This document shows, piece after piece, positions 38,921 through 51,533 of a stretch of 64,000 bases of DNA. Origin of the DNA: Octopus vulgaris (lineage: Eukaryota). Position 1 is the first letter of the stretch, and each line of letters begins with the position of its first letter. Under the pieces are notes generated by a model. That model saw nothing but the letters and a program-made list of their open reading frames with translations. It was not told where the DNA came from and ran no database searches. The position numbers and the translations under genes are program-made. The stretch is from contig OX597817.1 of the NCBI GenBank assembly GCA_951406725.2, forward strand, positions 17,298,001-17,362,000, written 5' to 3'.

Positions 38921-39192
38921 TCTTTCAATCTGTGAAAGTTTTTTCACTGTGGTTTCTATTTTTCCTTGTCTCTGAATATAATGTTAATATATACCATACA
39001 ATGGCATAAAATTTGCAATAGCTGCACTTACTGCAATTTCATTATAATCTCATTTTCTTCAACCAAATAACATTTCCATCATTAAATGACTTTATCATTT
39101 TTTTAATAATTTTTCCTTGATGCGTTATATTTCTCATTCACTGAAATAACTTGTCTGTGAATAACAAAATAATTTAGTCTTATCTTGGTTGG

Positions 39193-39421
39193 TTAACCTT
39201 TTCGTTACCAACCTGGCTGAAACCGGCTCTGGTTCTGTAGTACAAAAGTCTTGTTTTCAAAAATCCTAAATTAAAATCTTCCACCAAACTTTAGTCACAA
39301 TTAATGTTGCTAACACTAGCTTAATAATAACTAAATTATTTTACTAAATTCTTCGTTATATTTGAAGTAATTGAAAGAAACACAGAGCATCTCAAAATAA
39401 ATATGGTAACGAAAGGGTTAA
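39193..39421. mobile_element. piggyBac-type MITE
   Basis: TTAA-CCTTTTCGTTACC...GGTAACGAAAGGG-TTAA: 13-bp TIR and TTAA TSD. Confidence 0.88.
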
Positions 39422-40030
39422 TGTCATCGTACTCCAAGTAGTTCTAGGGAGCTCATAAAGAAAAACATAAATTACCTGTTCTTCATCACTCCACTCAGTA
39501 CAAGCTGAGAGATTCAATTTTGATGGCAACTAGAAAAACAAGCCAGCTCTCTAACCCCGGGCTCTTCTAACATCACTTCTACCTTGTAACTATTTTTTTT
39601 TAATATTTTACATTTCTTTAAATCTGCTTTTACAGACAGTCCATAGTTATTGTCTTTGTTTATCTCAACAGCTAACCTATAAAAAGCATCTTATGTTTTA
39701 AATCATCATCTCTTATCAAATCTCTAAAAAGAAAAACAGTTTTTAGATTCAGGTGAGACATCCATCAGATTGTTGATATGGCATTTATTTCTGGTTTTGG
39801 CATATGTCCTTCCCTCAGATTGTTGATATGGCATTTATTTCTGGTTTTGGCATATGTCCTTCCCTCCCCAGCTACTTTTATTTCATTTTAAACTTTACTT
39901 TATCTTACATTGCTCTTTATACTAAAGTATTATTGTTATTATTTTATAATTGGCTAGTAAAGAAATCATTATTTTTGCTTTTGCTGCTGCTGTTGCTACT
40001 ATTTAGTAAAAGCCCAATGTGTTCTAGAAG

Positions 40031-40415
40031 TGGAAGCACTCCGTCGGTTACGACGACGAGGGTTCCGGTTGATCCGAATCAACGGAACAGCCTGCTCGTG
40101 AAATTAACGTGCAAGTGGCTGAGCACTCCACAGACACGTGTACCCTTAACGTAGTTCGCGGGGATATTCAGCGTGACACAGAGAGTGACAAGGCCGGCCC
40201 TTTGAAATACAGGTACAACAGAAACGGGAAGAAAGAGTGAGAGAAAGTTGTGGCGAAAGAGTACAGCAGGGATCACCACCATCCCCTGCCGGAGCCTCGT
40301 AGAGCTTTAGGTGTTTTCGCTCAATAAATACTCACAACACCCGGTCTGGGCATCGAAACCGCGATCCTATGAGCGCGAGTCCGCTGCCCTAACCACTGGG
40401 CCATTGCGCCTCCAC
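40031..40415 (-). mobile_element. SINE family D copy
   Basis: tRNA head; TSD GTTCTAGAAG at 40021-40030 and 40416-40425. Confidence 0.9.
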
Positions 40416-40722
40416 GTTCTAGAAGATGCAGGCTATCAACAACATGTTAACTCCTAAGAACAAGGAAGCTCATTCTGTTTGCATAATCCTAAATAGTGTC
40501 TGTTTCACTTATTCAAAGCAGTCATCTACATCTGCATATGCTCTTTATCAACCACTCCCCTGTTTTTAACTACTTCACTCAACTTCAGTCAATGTTCCTT
40601 CTAAGCACCCAAGAACAATAGGTACAATCTTCATACTATATCCCGTTTCTTTTATGCATTTCAATGACTAATTTGTAATCCTGTTTTTTTGCTTTTGTAG
40701 CATTTTCGTCTGGATATGTTTC

Positions 40723-40952
40723 TTAACCCTTTTGTTACCATATTTCTTTAAAGATGCTCTGTTTTTCTTTCAATTAATTTTAGATATAACAAAGAATTTA
40801 GTAAAATAACTTAGTTATCATTAAGCTAATGTTAGGAACATAAATTGAGACTAAGGTTTGGTGAAAGATTTTAATTCAAAACTTATGAAAACAAGACATT
40901 TGTACTAAAGAGCTAGAGCCGGTTTCAGCCGGGTTGGTAATGAAATGATTAA
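40723..40952. mobile_element. piggyBac-type MITE, inverted relative to the 39193 copy
   Basis: TTAACCCTTTTGTTACC end; internal sequence matches the family. Confidence 0.85.
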
Positions 40953-42407
40953 TGAAACAGACCAATAATCCATATATACTTTTGATAAATATACACTAAA
41001 ATTCATTCTAGCCTTCTAGCAATGGTAATTTTAGCACACTTAAAATCTCAATCCAATTTCTTTCCTTCTTTGTAACTAATTTTATACTACACTAATTATC
41101 TACCAATCTAGCCAACTTCCTTTACTCAAGACACTCTTAAAATCACATCAATGCATTAACATAGCCATTCCCAGTAAGTATATCACATTCAGGTGAGAAA
41201 TGACATTGTTTCTCTGTTTACCTTGTAGAGTCTTTACAAGCCTGATATCTGTTTCACCTCACTCACTTTCCACTGTGGCATTTTGCTACATCTTTCTATG
41301 TTCTGAGTTCAGATCTCACTACAGTAAGCTTTACCATTTTGTCTCTAGGTTCAATAAAATTAAGAACCAATTATGTAGTGGAATTGATTTAATTGATTCT
41401 ATCCTTCCATACAAATTTAAGCATCTGCTACTTTGCTCTCATTAGTCTAAAGGTATTTACGTACCATGGACATTACCATCCCTTAGAGCAGACATTAAAT
41501 AAAATAACAAAATCATTTCATTATCTTCATGATAATTCCCTTGATAAGAACCTTATCCAACAAAAACTGTTAGATAAAGTTCTTATCAACCTTTTGCTTA
41601 GAAATGATTAAAGTGGGTGCCTTAGGGTAAATGGTCTGCAATACTAATTGGAATTACCTTACACGTATTATGTCTCAAATAACTTTACAAAAAAACATAG
41701 TCCTCAAAACTAGTTTTCTTTAAATTTCAGGTTTTCTCTCAAAGTATGAGACTATAATTAGGGTAGAGGTGGGGGTTATAATGATTAAAGAACTGATTTT
41801 GTAAATACATTTGAAAAATGAATTTTAAATTTCTTAAGGGACAAAGTCATAAGGATCACAGCCTGTAAATGGTTGTTAGCCAGATGAACATTCCTCTGCA
41901 AAGGAAATTAAAATAAATTTGCAAGTATAACATAGCTGTATGGCCTAAAAATTCACTTCACAACTAATTGCATTTCTGTTACATGATACCTTGTACCTTT
42001 CTACCATAACTTTGAGCCACTCAAAGCTGTGTGAGTGAAATTCATTGGATGAAAAACTGTGTGGAAGTCTGTCGAAAGGATTGTTTCTATTCTTACATGG
42101 TAGGCCTAATCCATCACTAGGTTTATCCCCACCACCACCACCACCACCTGGATATTGAATGCCTTTAGTGGAGTTTCATCTAAGGATAATATCTTCCCTT
42201 CCTTCCACTAGCTACAGAAGTCTTGCAAAAAGATTATGGCCCCTGCCCTTCCCTCTGTGATTAAATCTTTAAAAATATAAGCAGGAAGGAAATGGCCAGA
42301 TGGGTAATGATTGCACTGAAAACTAAACAGTCACAGTTTCATATCATCTACCGGTGTATCATCACATCTCTGAGTAGAATGTTTTAAAGGAAACAAATAA
42401 ACTTTTT

Positions 42408-42573
42408 CTGTTGTTTCTGGGGAGAGTCATTTTCTTTTTGTGCCTTATAATGTAACACATTCACCGGTAAAATTTCCACTTATTTCTTATTTTTATTTTC
42501 CTAAAATTTTCGTTGCGTCTTGCAACCTTTTCAATAAGGCACAAAAAGAAAATGACTCTCCCCAGACACAACA
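42408..42573 (-). mobile_element. Probable Penelope pseudo-LTR fragment with a ~40-bp inverted repeat
   Basis: Inverted repeat 42408-42448 / 42534-42573; the minus strand carries TTGAAAAG-GTTGC-aagac-GCAAC-GAAA, a degenerate hammerhead-like motif. Confidence 0.5.
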
Positions 42574-43400
42574 GAATATGCTTCAACACACGAACTCATA
42601 TAAAGAATCTTGCAAAACAAATCCAAAAACGAAAAATAAACTTATGTATTTTCTATAATCCACTGAAACTGGTTGAAACTGGAGCTAAAAGCTGGCCTTA
42701 TGGAACATTGAAAGATTAACTTTATATACAGACATTGTTAATTCTCTAAATTTGGTTGAACTTTGGAATTTGATGACAAAACTAATACATGTTTTGGTAA
42801 ATCTCACAATTGAATTACAGCAGTACTTCAAATGATGCTATCATCATTTAATGTATCTTCTGGCAAATAGAGTAGAATCCTTCCGTCTCTAAGCAGTGAT
42901 TTCAGGAGGATTTGAATTGATCCCTACATTTTAATAAAATACTCATCAATTTTATAGTATCTATTTCAAGTCAGTTGAGAAGCCTCTATAAGATCACCCA
43001 ACCTCCCAGATATAGCAGTCAAATCTCCTTGAAATAACTCTCCTTCCATTTTTAAAAAATGGAAATAATGCATTGGTTAATGTAGTCCTAAAAATACAAA
43101 AAGAAGAGATGATCATAGCTGAAATGTTTTTGCTCATCGGTATACTCAGCCAGAGTTAACAAAGAAATAAACAAAACCATTACTTATTTACAGTTAAGTA
43201 GATTGGTCTATTTGTGAGTTAAGTTTTGGCCATGGACACAACATTATTTAAGTTAGAGTATATGAACTACCAAACCCTTGGCTGGCTTATCTTACCATAT
43301 TTATTCAGTCTGTGCTTTGAAAGTAACACTTCTGACTTAAAGTTCTCAAACTGTTTGTGTAAGTTTAAACACACACACACTAAACAACATTAAATAAATA

Positions 43401-43809
43401 GGCACAGGAGTGGCTGTGTGGTAAGTAGCTTGCTAACCAACCACATGGTTCCGGGTTCAGTCCCACTGCATGGCATCTTGGGCAAGTGTCTTCTGCTATA
43501 GCCCCGGGCCGACCAATGCCTTGTGAGTGGATTTGGTAGATGGAAACTGAAAGAAGCCTGTCGTATATATGTATATATATGTATATGTATGTATGTGTAT
43601 GTGTTTGTGTGTCTGTGTTTGTACCCCTAGCATTGCTTGACAACCGATGCTGGTGTGTTTATGTCCCCATTGCTTAGCGGTTCAGCAAAAGAGACCGATA
43701 GAATAAGTACTGGGCTTACAAAGAATAAGTCCCAGGGTCGATTTGCTCGACTAAAGGCGGTGCTCCAGCATGGTCGCAGTCAAATGACTGAAACATGTAA
43801 AGAGAGTAA
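43401..43809 (+). mobile_element. SINE family A copy
   Basis: Full-length match to family A. Confidence 0.9.
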
Positions 43810-44402
43810 GTATTTCTTTGTTTTTGTTATGATCCTTCAAAGACTCATACACTTTTCACTTCCCAGACGTTTGTACATTATTGCATATGCTTTATACACA
43901 CTTTTGACAAGTTGTGGTGCACCTGAGCACTGTATACAATAATTTCATTATTATTATTATTATTATTATTTAAGATATGAAGTTGTCACAAAGATGTGTG
44001 ATGTTAATAATATGTCAATAGATTTACTTTGTAAAGTGTTATTGTTATTAATCATTAATTAATTATCTCATGTAAATGTAATAAATAGCAGAGGTGCATT
44101 CTGTTATTCTAACCAACTACATCAAATAATTAGTAGTAATCCTATTTACATTATAGTATTTTGTACTTCAGTATTTTGGATTGAAATTTAACCAAAGTTG
44201 ATTTCGCCTTCCATGATTAATAAAATAAACACCAGGTATATGTTGAAAGGGATTCAATCAATTTTACCCTCACCTATAAATCTCAGGCATTCTTTCTTTG
44301 TAAATAGATCAATATATCGATACTGCAAATCTTAATTGAGGTCATCTACTAGAACACTTAATTTTATCCTAACAAGACTAATATTATAAATTGCTCATAA
44401 TA

Positions 44403-44811
44403 CTCTTACTCTTTTACTCTTTTACTTGTTTCAGTCATTTGACTGCGGCCATGCTGGAGCACCGCCTTTAGTCAAGCAAATCGACCCCGGGACTTATTCT
44501 TTGTAAGCCCAGTACTTATTCTATCGGTCTCTTTTGCCGAACCGCTAAGTGACGGGGATGTAAACACACCAGCATCGGTTGTCAGGCAATGCTAGAGGGA
44601 CAAACACAGACACACACACGCATGCATATATATATATATACATATATACGACAGGCTTCTTTCAGTTTCCGTCTACCAAATCCACTCACAAGGCATTGGT
44701 CGGCCTGGGGCTATAGCAGAAGACACTTGCCCAAGATGCCACGCAGTGGGACTGAACCCGGAACCATGTGGTTGGTTAGCAAGCTACTTACCACACAGCC
44801 ACTCCTGCGCC
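44403..44811 (-). mobile_element. SINE family A copy
   Basis: Full-length match to family A. Confidence 0.9.
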
Positions 44812-44944
44812 TATAATGTATCATGTACAGCACAAAACAATATAATTTTTTCCATTTAATCATTAAATTGTCTTGATCAGCTACAAATCTCAGTTCATTA
44901 TACTATCTACATAAGAAATATTTGCCCTTCATTTTTACCTCTCA

Positions 44945-45246
44945 AATTTGACAGGAATAGTCATAAACAGCAACATTGATTTGAGCCAGCGCCACCTTGA
45001 CTGGCTTCTGTACCAGTGACACATAAAATGCACCAACCAATCGTGGCTGCTGCCAGCCTCCTCTGGCACGTAAAAAGCACCCACTATACTCACGGAGTGG
45101 TTGACGTTAGGAATAGCATGCAGCTGTAGAAACACTGCCAGATCAGACTGGAGCCTGGTGCAGCTTCCCGACTTCCCAGACCCCGGTCAAACCATCCAAC
45201 CTGTGCTAGCATGGAAAACGGACGTTAAACGATGATGATGATGATG
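44945..45246 (+). mobile_element. RTE-LINE 3' end
   Basis: Shared core and (GAT)n tail. Confidence 0.82.
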
Positions 45247-45724
45247 TTGACCAGTATGGTTTTCAATCAGCCATTACTATCATAAACTTGCTCTTCTATA
45301 AGTATGTGGTCTTTCCTTGGTGAGTACTTTGGTAAAAGCCATGTTGTTTTCCTTGAAATCAGCAAATCTTTCATCTATGTCTGGCATGAGAATCTTCAAG
45401 CTAAGGAACCTGCATTAGAATTTCATCCATTTTTTTTTATCCCATGTGCCAACCAAGGTTTCTCTCATTCATACTCTATCAACTTGAGTGTATCCCAAGG
45501 TTCAATTGTCTTCCACTCTTTCCTTCTCTAGATTAATGGCTAGTTAGCTATTGCTTAAAACTGAACATACTTGTATGCTGATAGGGACATCCTTCACTTA
45601 AACTTCTACACACAGGCATCACACATGTAACAAAAACACCCCATTAGGCATGCAATACTTCCATGAATAGCAATCTCATAAATAATAAATAAATATAAAT
45701 CGGAATCGAAATTGAACCAATCCT

Positions 45725-46140
45725 ATGACTGGCACCCGGCAGATACCTGGACTGGAGATACGTAAAAAGCACAATCCGAATTGTGGCCGATGCAAGCACC
45801 GCCTCGACTGGCTTCCATGTCAGTGGCACATAAAAAGCACCATCCGAATTGTGGCCGAAGCCAGTGCCGCCTCGACTGGCTTCCGTGCCGGTGGCACATA
45901 AAATGCACCAATCCGACCGTGGCCGATGCCAGCCTCGCCTGGCACCTGTGCGGGTGGCACGTAAAACGCACCCACTACACTCACGGAGTGGTTGGCGTTA
46001 GGAAGGGCATCCAGCTGTAGAAACATTGCCAGATAAGACCGGAGCCTGGTGCAGCCTTCTGGCTTCCCAGATCCCCGGTCGAACCATCCAACCCATGCTA
46101 GCATGGCGAACGGACGTTAAACGATGATGATGATGATGAT
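45725..46140 (+). mobile_element. RTE-LINE 3' end with VNTR
   Basis: About 3-4 units of ~60 bp, shared core, (GAT)n tail. Confidence 0.85.
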
Positions 46141-46408
46141 CATCATCATCATCATCATCATCCTTTCTACTGTAGGCATAAGGCCTGAAATTTTGAGGGA
46201 GGGGCTAGTTGATTACATCGACCCCAGTGCGTAACTAGTACTTACTTCATCAGCCCCGAAAGGATGAAAGGTAAGGTCGATCTCGGTGGAATTTGAACTC
46301 GGAACATAAGGACAGATGAAATGTTGCTAAGCATTTTACCCAGTGTGCTAACAATTCTAACTCACTGCCTTAATAATGATGATGATGATAGTAGTAATAG
46401 TAGTAGTT

Positions 46409-46456
<48 letters not shown>

Positions 46457-46649
46457 AGAAATAAATGAACTTTAGGTTTGTTCAAATGTTTCTGACCTAT
46501 TCTAACTTGCCTCTAGAAGTTAAAATGTAGAGTTCAGTGAATAAACTGTCTTCTAAATTATGCAAAAATGAAAGTAACGCTGACTTCCTATTTTAACAGA
46601 TATATTTACCAAAATTATGTAAAAATATCTTGAATTACTAAAAGAGTAA

Positions 46650-47403
46650 ATTTATTCAATAAAATCACCATTGACTTCAACCACTCTCTCCAGACAACTT
46701 AGGAATCTCCTGCAACTCTTTTGAGCAGTCTCCTTGTTTAAGTTGGTGAATACTGCCATAATCTTTGCCTTCAGTTCATCTTTGGTGTTACAAGGAGTTT
46801 TGTTGGTCTCTTGCTCAACTGCACCTCACACATAATAATTAAGGGGGTTGCAGTCTGGGGAGTTAGGTGGCCAGATGTTAAGGGTGATGTGGTTGCAGAA
46901 ATTGTCTGACAGCCATGACTGGGTTCTCTAGCTTGTGCAGCATGGTGCAGAGTCCTGTTGCCAGATATAAGTTCTTCCAGCAGCAACCCTCTTGACTCAG
47001 AGCAGCACTACCTCCACCAGGAACTTGATGTAGGCCTCTGTGTTGAGTCTGAAGCCATGTGGGAAGATGAATGGAGACATAACGTTGCTATCACTAGTGA
47101 TCACTCCAAACACCATGATGTTGACTGGATGTTTGATTTTTATCACTCTTGGAACATGTCCTCAGATTGCCACCCAAACATTGAAATGTTCATATCAGAG
47201 CTTCCGGCATGAATGCCAAGCAGTACAGCATGTTGTTTCCAAATTTCTGACAGAGTGAATTGCATCTTGGTGCTGTTTTTCTCACAGACAGTGCCCAACT
47301 GACCCTACTATACTGTGTAGTTGACAAAATCAAAAACAAACAATGTGCATGTGTGAAGTTATGAATATAAAATGGCGACAATTTACCCATCACATCCTAT
47401 ATG
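46650..47403 (-). mobile_element. Degenerate Tc1/mariner-superfamily transposase, C-terminal part
   Basis: Frameshifted WPPNSPD-NPLNYYV motif (~46830-46872) and the terminal V-VNGDFIE motif. Confidence 0.75.
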
Positions 47404-47404
47404 T

Positions 47405-47850
47405 CACAAGCATATTTGAACTAACCTCCGACATCTGGCAGCTGACTTGGCAGACACCCATAAAATTATCAACCATCGTACAAACAATAACTCTGAGCAC
47501 CTTTTCAAACTCCACCAATCTAACACCCGTGGACATATTTACAAAGTCAGAAAACAGCACAGCTCCCATGACTTCAGGAAACATTTTTTCACGCTGAGAG
47601 TTGCTGAAGCATGGAACAAACTGCCAGCATCAGTTGTTAGTTGTCGGAGATCTGCATCCTTCAAAACTTCCATGCTTTCTGAAATTTGCCAACACTACAC
47701 CTGATTTTCTCCCCTCCATACACACACACACACATGTATCTGATTCATGCATTGTTCGCTTTCCAGACATTTGTACATTACTGCATATACTCTGACAAGT
47801 TGTGGTGCACCTGAGCACTGTATACAATAATTTCATTATTATTATAATAA
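47405..47850 (+). mobile_element. CR1-group LINE 3' end
   Basis: NTRGHIYKVRKQHSSHDFRKHFFTLRVAEAWNKLP and (ATT)n tail; related fragments at 43835-43970 and 55540-55725. Confidence 0.85.
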
Positions 47851-48002
47851 TACATACATACATAAAATCACCAGGACTAACAAGTATATATAACATACAA
47901 AAAATAGCACTACTAGGCCCCACACACATCCTATGTAAAACACTTTCAATACAGTAAAAATGAGAGCATCACAACAAACTACAACATATACCCAAGGCAC
48001 AC

Positions 48003-48054
<52 letters not shown>

Positions 48055-48055
<1 letters not shown>

Positions 48056-48640
48056 CGACATGACAGAGTTGGCACCTACATACATTGGAAGCTATGCCAA
48101 CATTATGGAATAACAACAGAAAAAAGATGGTATAGGCACACACCAGAAAAGGTCACAGAAAACGAGAAAGCAACCATACTCTGGGATATGCCGATACACA
48201 CAGATAGAGAAATTAAGGCCAACAGACCAGATATAGTTGTCAGAGATCATGAAGAAAAAAATGCTTTCTAATTGATGTATCAATACCGGCAGATGACAAC
48301 ATGTCTCTAAAAGAAATGGAGAAACTCTCAAAATACAAAGACCTAGAAATAGAGGTAACTAGAATGTGGAATCTAAAAACAGAAACAATTCCTATCATAG
48401 TAGGTGCATTAGGCATGATAAAAAAATATTCAGACAAATACATAACAAAAACACCAGGACTTACAAACACATATAACATACAGAAAATTGCACTACTAGG
48501 CACTGCACACATCCTACGCAGAACACTTTCCATACAATAACCATCAGAGCATCACAACAAATCACAGCACATACCTAAGGCACACAGAGCTGCGCTCGGT
48601 AGTGAAGTGAAAGCACGCTATAAAAATAAAACTACTGAAT
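48055..48640 (+). mobile_element. R4-clade (Dong-like) non-LTR retrotransposon 3' end, restriction-like endonuclease (RLE) domain, in (TAA)n
   Basis: RHD...WD...NRPDIVV...IDVSIP...KLSKYKDL...PIIVGALG; one frameshift in the A-run at ~48255-48261; (TAA)n on both sides; a second short fragment at 47858-48003. Confidence 0.9.
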
Positions 48641-49422
48641 AATAATAATAATAATAATGATAATAATAATAGTGGCTGTGACCAACCTGTCTATTCAATA
48701 GCACTGATGCAATACTATACATTTGAAAGAAAAAAACAACTTTTCTATACTCTGTCTAGACTTAAACACTGCATAATTAAGTCACTCATAGTTGCTACAA
48801 ATACTATAATTCACAATTTCTGATGGTTTCTCATTGGCAACTCATATACATAACATAGTCAAAACTGCATTCCAAAGACTAGGTTTCCTCTTCAGGGCCA
48901 GAAAACGATTCAACCTTAATCGATTACTGAATTCCACAAACCTCTGACATGACTCACATTGGAGGACTGCTCATGTATCTGAGACAGACTGTGCTGCTTC
49001 ATGCACATTGAACCTTGATGATATTCCAAAAGAAGCCATTCCCTTTTTTGTCAAGCTCACTCATCAATATACACACCACAAATTCACAGGTACTATGTCT
49101 TCTTAATCATGTTCTTGTCTGTCACTACTATGAGCAATCTTGTTCCCAGTGAGTTGAACACCGTCTCCACACTAGTTCATTCAGCACATCCTGGTCTCTT
49201 TTCTCTTCCCAACCTTACAGTGCCTCCACTTACAGACTCTTCACTAAATATTTTGCCCAAAATTTCTCTCTAGATCTGCAACTCTTTTGAATTCCATGTT
49301 CACCCATATTTTTCTTACTGTTATCAATCTATAGAAATTCAAGCTGAACTTCACAAATGTCATGATTACTATCCCACTTTCTATGGTTAATTAATAAAAT
49401 AAACTTTAGATAAAAATGAATA

Positions 49423-49820
49423 GGCGCAAGAGTGGCTGTGTGGTAAGTAGCTTGCTAACCAACCACATCGTTCCGGGTTCAGTCCCACTGCGTGGCATCT
49501 TGGGCAAGTGTCTTCTGCTATAACCCCGGGCCGACCAATACCTTGTGAGTGGATTTGGTAGACGGAAACTGAAAGAAGCCTGTCGTATATATATGTATAT
49601 ATATGCGTGTATGTGTCTGTGTTTGTACCCCTAGCATTGCTTGACAACCGATGTTGGTGTGCTTACGTCCCCGTCACTTAGCAGTTTGGCAAAAAGAGAC
49701 CGATAGAATAAGTACTGGGCTTACAAAGAATAAGTCCCGGGGTCAATTTGCTCGACTAAAGGCGGTGCTCCAGCATGGCCGCAGTCAAATGACTGAAACA
49801 AGTAAAAGAGTAAAGAGTAA
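49423..49820 (+). mobile_element. SINE family A copy
   Basis: Full-length match to family A. Confidence 0.9.
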
Positions 49821-50228
49821 AATCAACCTTCTTATTGTTGTAAAGTTGTGAAAATTGTGACCATTCAAACAAATAAATATAAACGGTCAGATCACAACCA
49901 CCAAAGAATTGTGACGTTGCTCATCTTATCTAATGTGGATGTTAAATTTCTTTCAACAAGCCATTTTAAAATTTAGGACTAATGTTTTAAATTTTAACTG
50001 TATGGAGAGTATATCCCACAACAAGGATGGAATGACCACAGTTAAAATCCTGGTTGAATGTTAGATAGCATCTTCTTCTTTGACTCTCTGCACTCTGAAT
50101 TCAAATTTTGTTGAGGACTTTGCCTTTTATATTTTCAGAATCACTAAAAAAAGTTCCACTCCAAGGTAATGGATTGACAGAAACTGTGAAAAGATTATTT
50201 ATTAGTAATAGAGGCAGTATTAGTACCA

Positions 50229-51133
50229 AGAGGTAATATTTATCCTCATTTAAATGTGGATGTTCTATTTAAAGACTCTGCCGGTTACGACGACGAGGGT
50301 CCCAGCTGATACGATCAACGGAACAGCTTGCTCGTGAAATTAACGTGCAAATGGCTGAGCATTCCACAGACACGTGTACCCTTAACGTAGTTCTCGGGGA
50401 TAATCAGCGTGACACAGAGAGTGACAAGGCTGACCCTTTGAAATACAAGTACAACTCATTTTTGCCAGCTGAGTGGACTGGAGCAACGTGAAATAAAGTG
50501 TCTTGCTCAAGGACACAACGCGTCGCCGGGAATCGAACTCACAACCTTACGATCATGAGCCGAATGCCTAACCACTAAGTCACGCGCCCTCACAGATGTT
50601 CTATTAGAACAAGCTATACTGCAGTAGATATCACGAGAAAAACTCTCATATTGGCTTTTGGTGCAAAATGCTAGCGAGAAGATAAATCCTCACCACCTCC
50701 AGCACTGAGACCATCAGCACACAGTCTTGTCAATGGACATTCAATCGCGAGAGATAGCAGTGATTCATCGCCCCACTAGTAATATATAGAATAGCAGTGC
50801 CAGTAAATATTTTTTTTATGAAGCTAACTGGCTAATCACAACACCAACACCTCTTCTGGCACTGTTATTCTGTATATTGCTGGTGAGGAGATGAATTGTT
50901 GCTATCTCTAGCGGTCAAGCATCCATCATTGACAAGGCTGAGGATGATCAAAATCACGTGATCTGATGGTCTCGGCACTGGAGGTAACAAGGATTTATTT
51001 CTCCACTAGTGGTACATATAAGAGTGCATTTTGCATCAAAAGCCAATAAGAGAGTTTCTCTTAGGATATCTACTGTAGTATAGTTTGTTCTAATAGAACA
51101 CCCATGTTTAAGTGGGGATAAATATTATCTCTC
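50229..51133. mobile_element. Fold-back/MITE-like element with long (~150-bp) imperfect TIRs; a SINE sits in the left arm
   Basis: Left arm TAATATTTATCC...TTCTATTAGAACAAGCTATACTGCAGTAGATATC...GGCTTTTGGTGCAAAATGC mirrors 51027-51128; CTGAGACCATCAG mirrors CTGATGGTCTCGG. Confidence 0.75.
50274..50594 (-). mobile_element. Chimeric SINE family E (F-like head and centre, D-like tail)
   Basis: TSD GATGTTCTATT; 3' half matches family D, centre GTGTCCTTGAGCAAGACACTTTATTTCACGTTGCTCCAG matches family F. Confidence 0.85.
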
Positions 51134-51302
51134 TGTTAGAAGATTGAGCAGAATGCCTTATGGCATCTGTTCCAGTCCATTGCATTTTAACAGCAATACT
51201 TGTGATGATATAGGTGCTAAGATGTATTAGCCCTAAAATGTGGAGGTGGAGGTTTTCCCATGAACAACATTGGTGATGTAGAGAGGGCAGATTTGCATGC
51301 AT

Positions 51303-51533
51303 GGTGGCGAGCTAGCAGAAACGTTAGCACGCGGGGTGAAATGCTTAGCGGTATTTCGTCTGCCATTACATTCTGAGTTCAAATTCCGCCGAGGTCAACT
51401 TTGCCTTTCATCCTTTCAGGGTCGATAAATTAAGTACCAGTTACACACTGGGGTCGATATAATCGACTTAATTCGTTTGTCTGGCCTTGTTTGTCCCCTC
51501 TTTGTTTAGCCCCTTGTGGGCAGTAAAGAAATA
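51303..51533 (+). mobile_element. SINE family B copy
   Basis: Family match; TSD AGATTTGCATGCAT. Confidence 0.9.

Noticed and set aside
39765-39866. ~51-bp direct tandem duplication
   Set aside because: Simple local duplication with no further structure.
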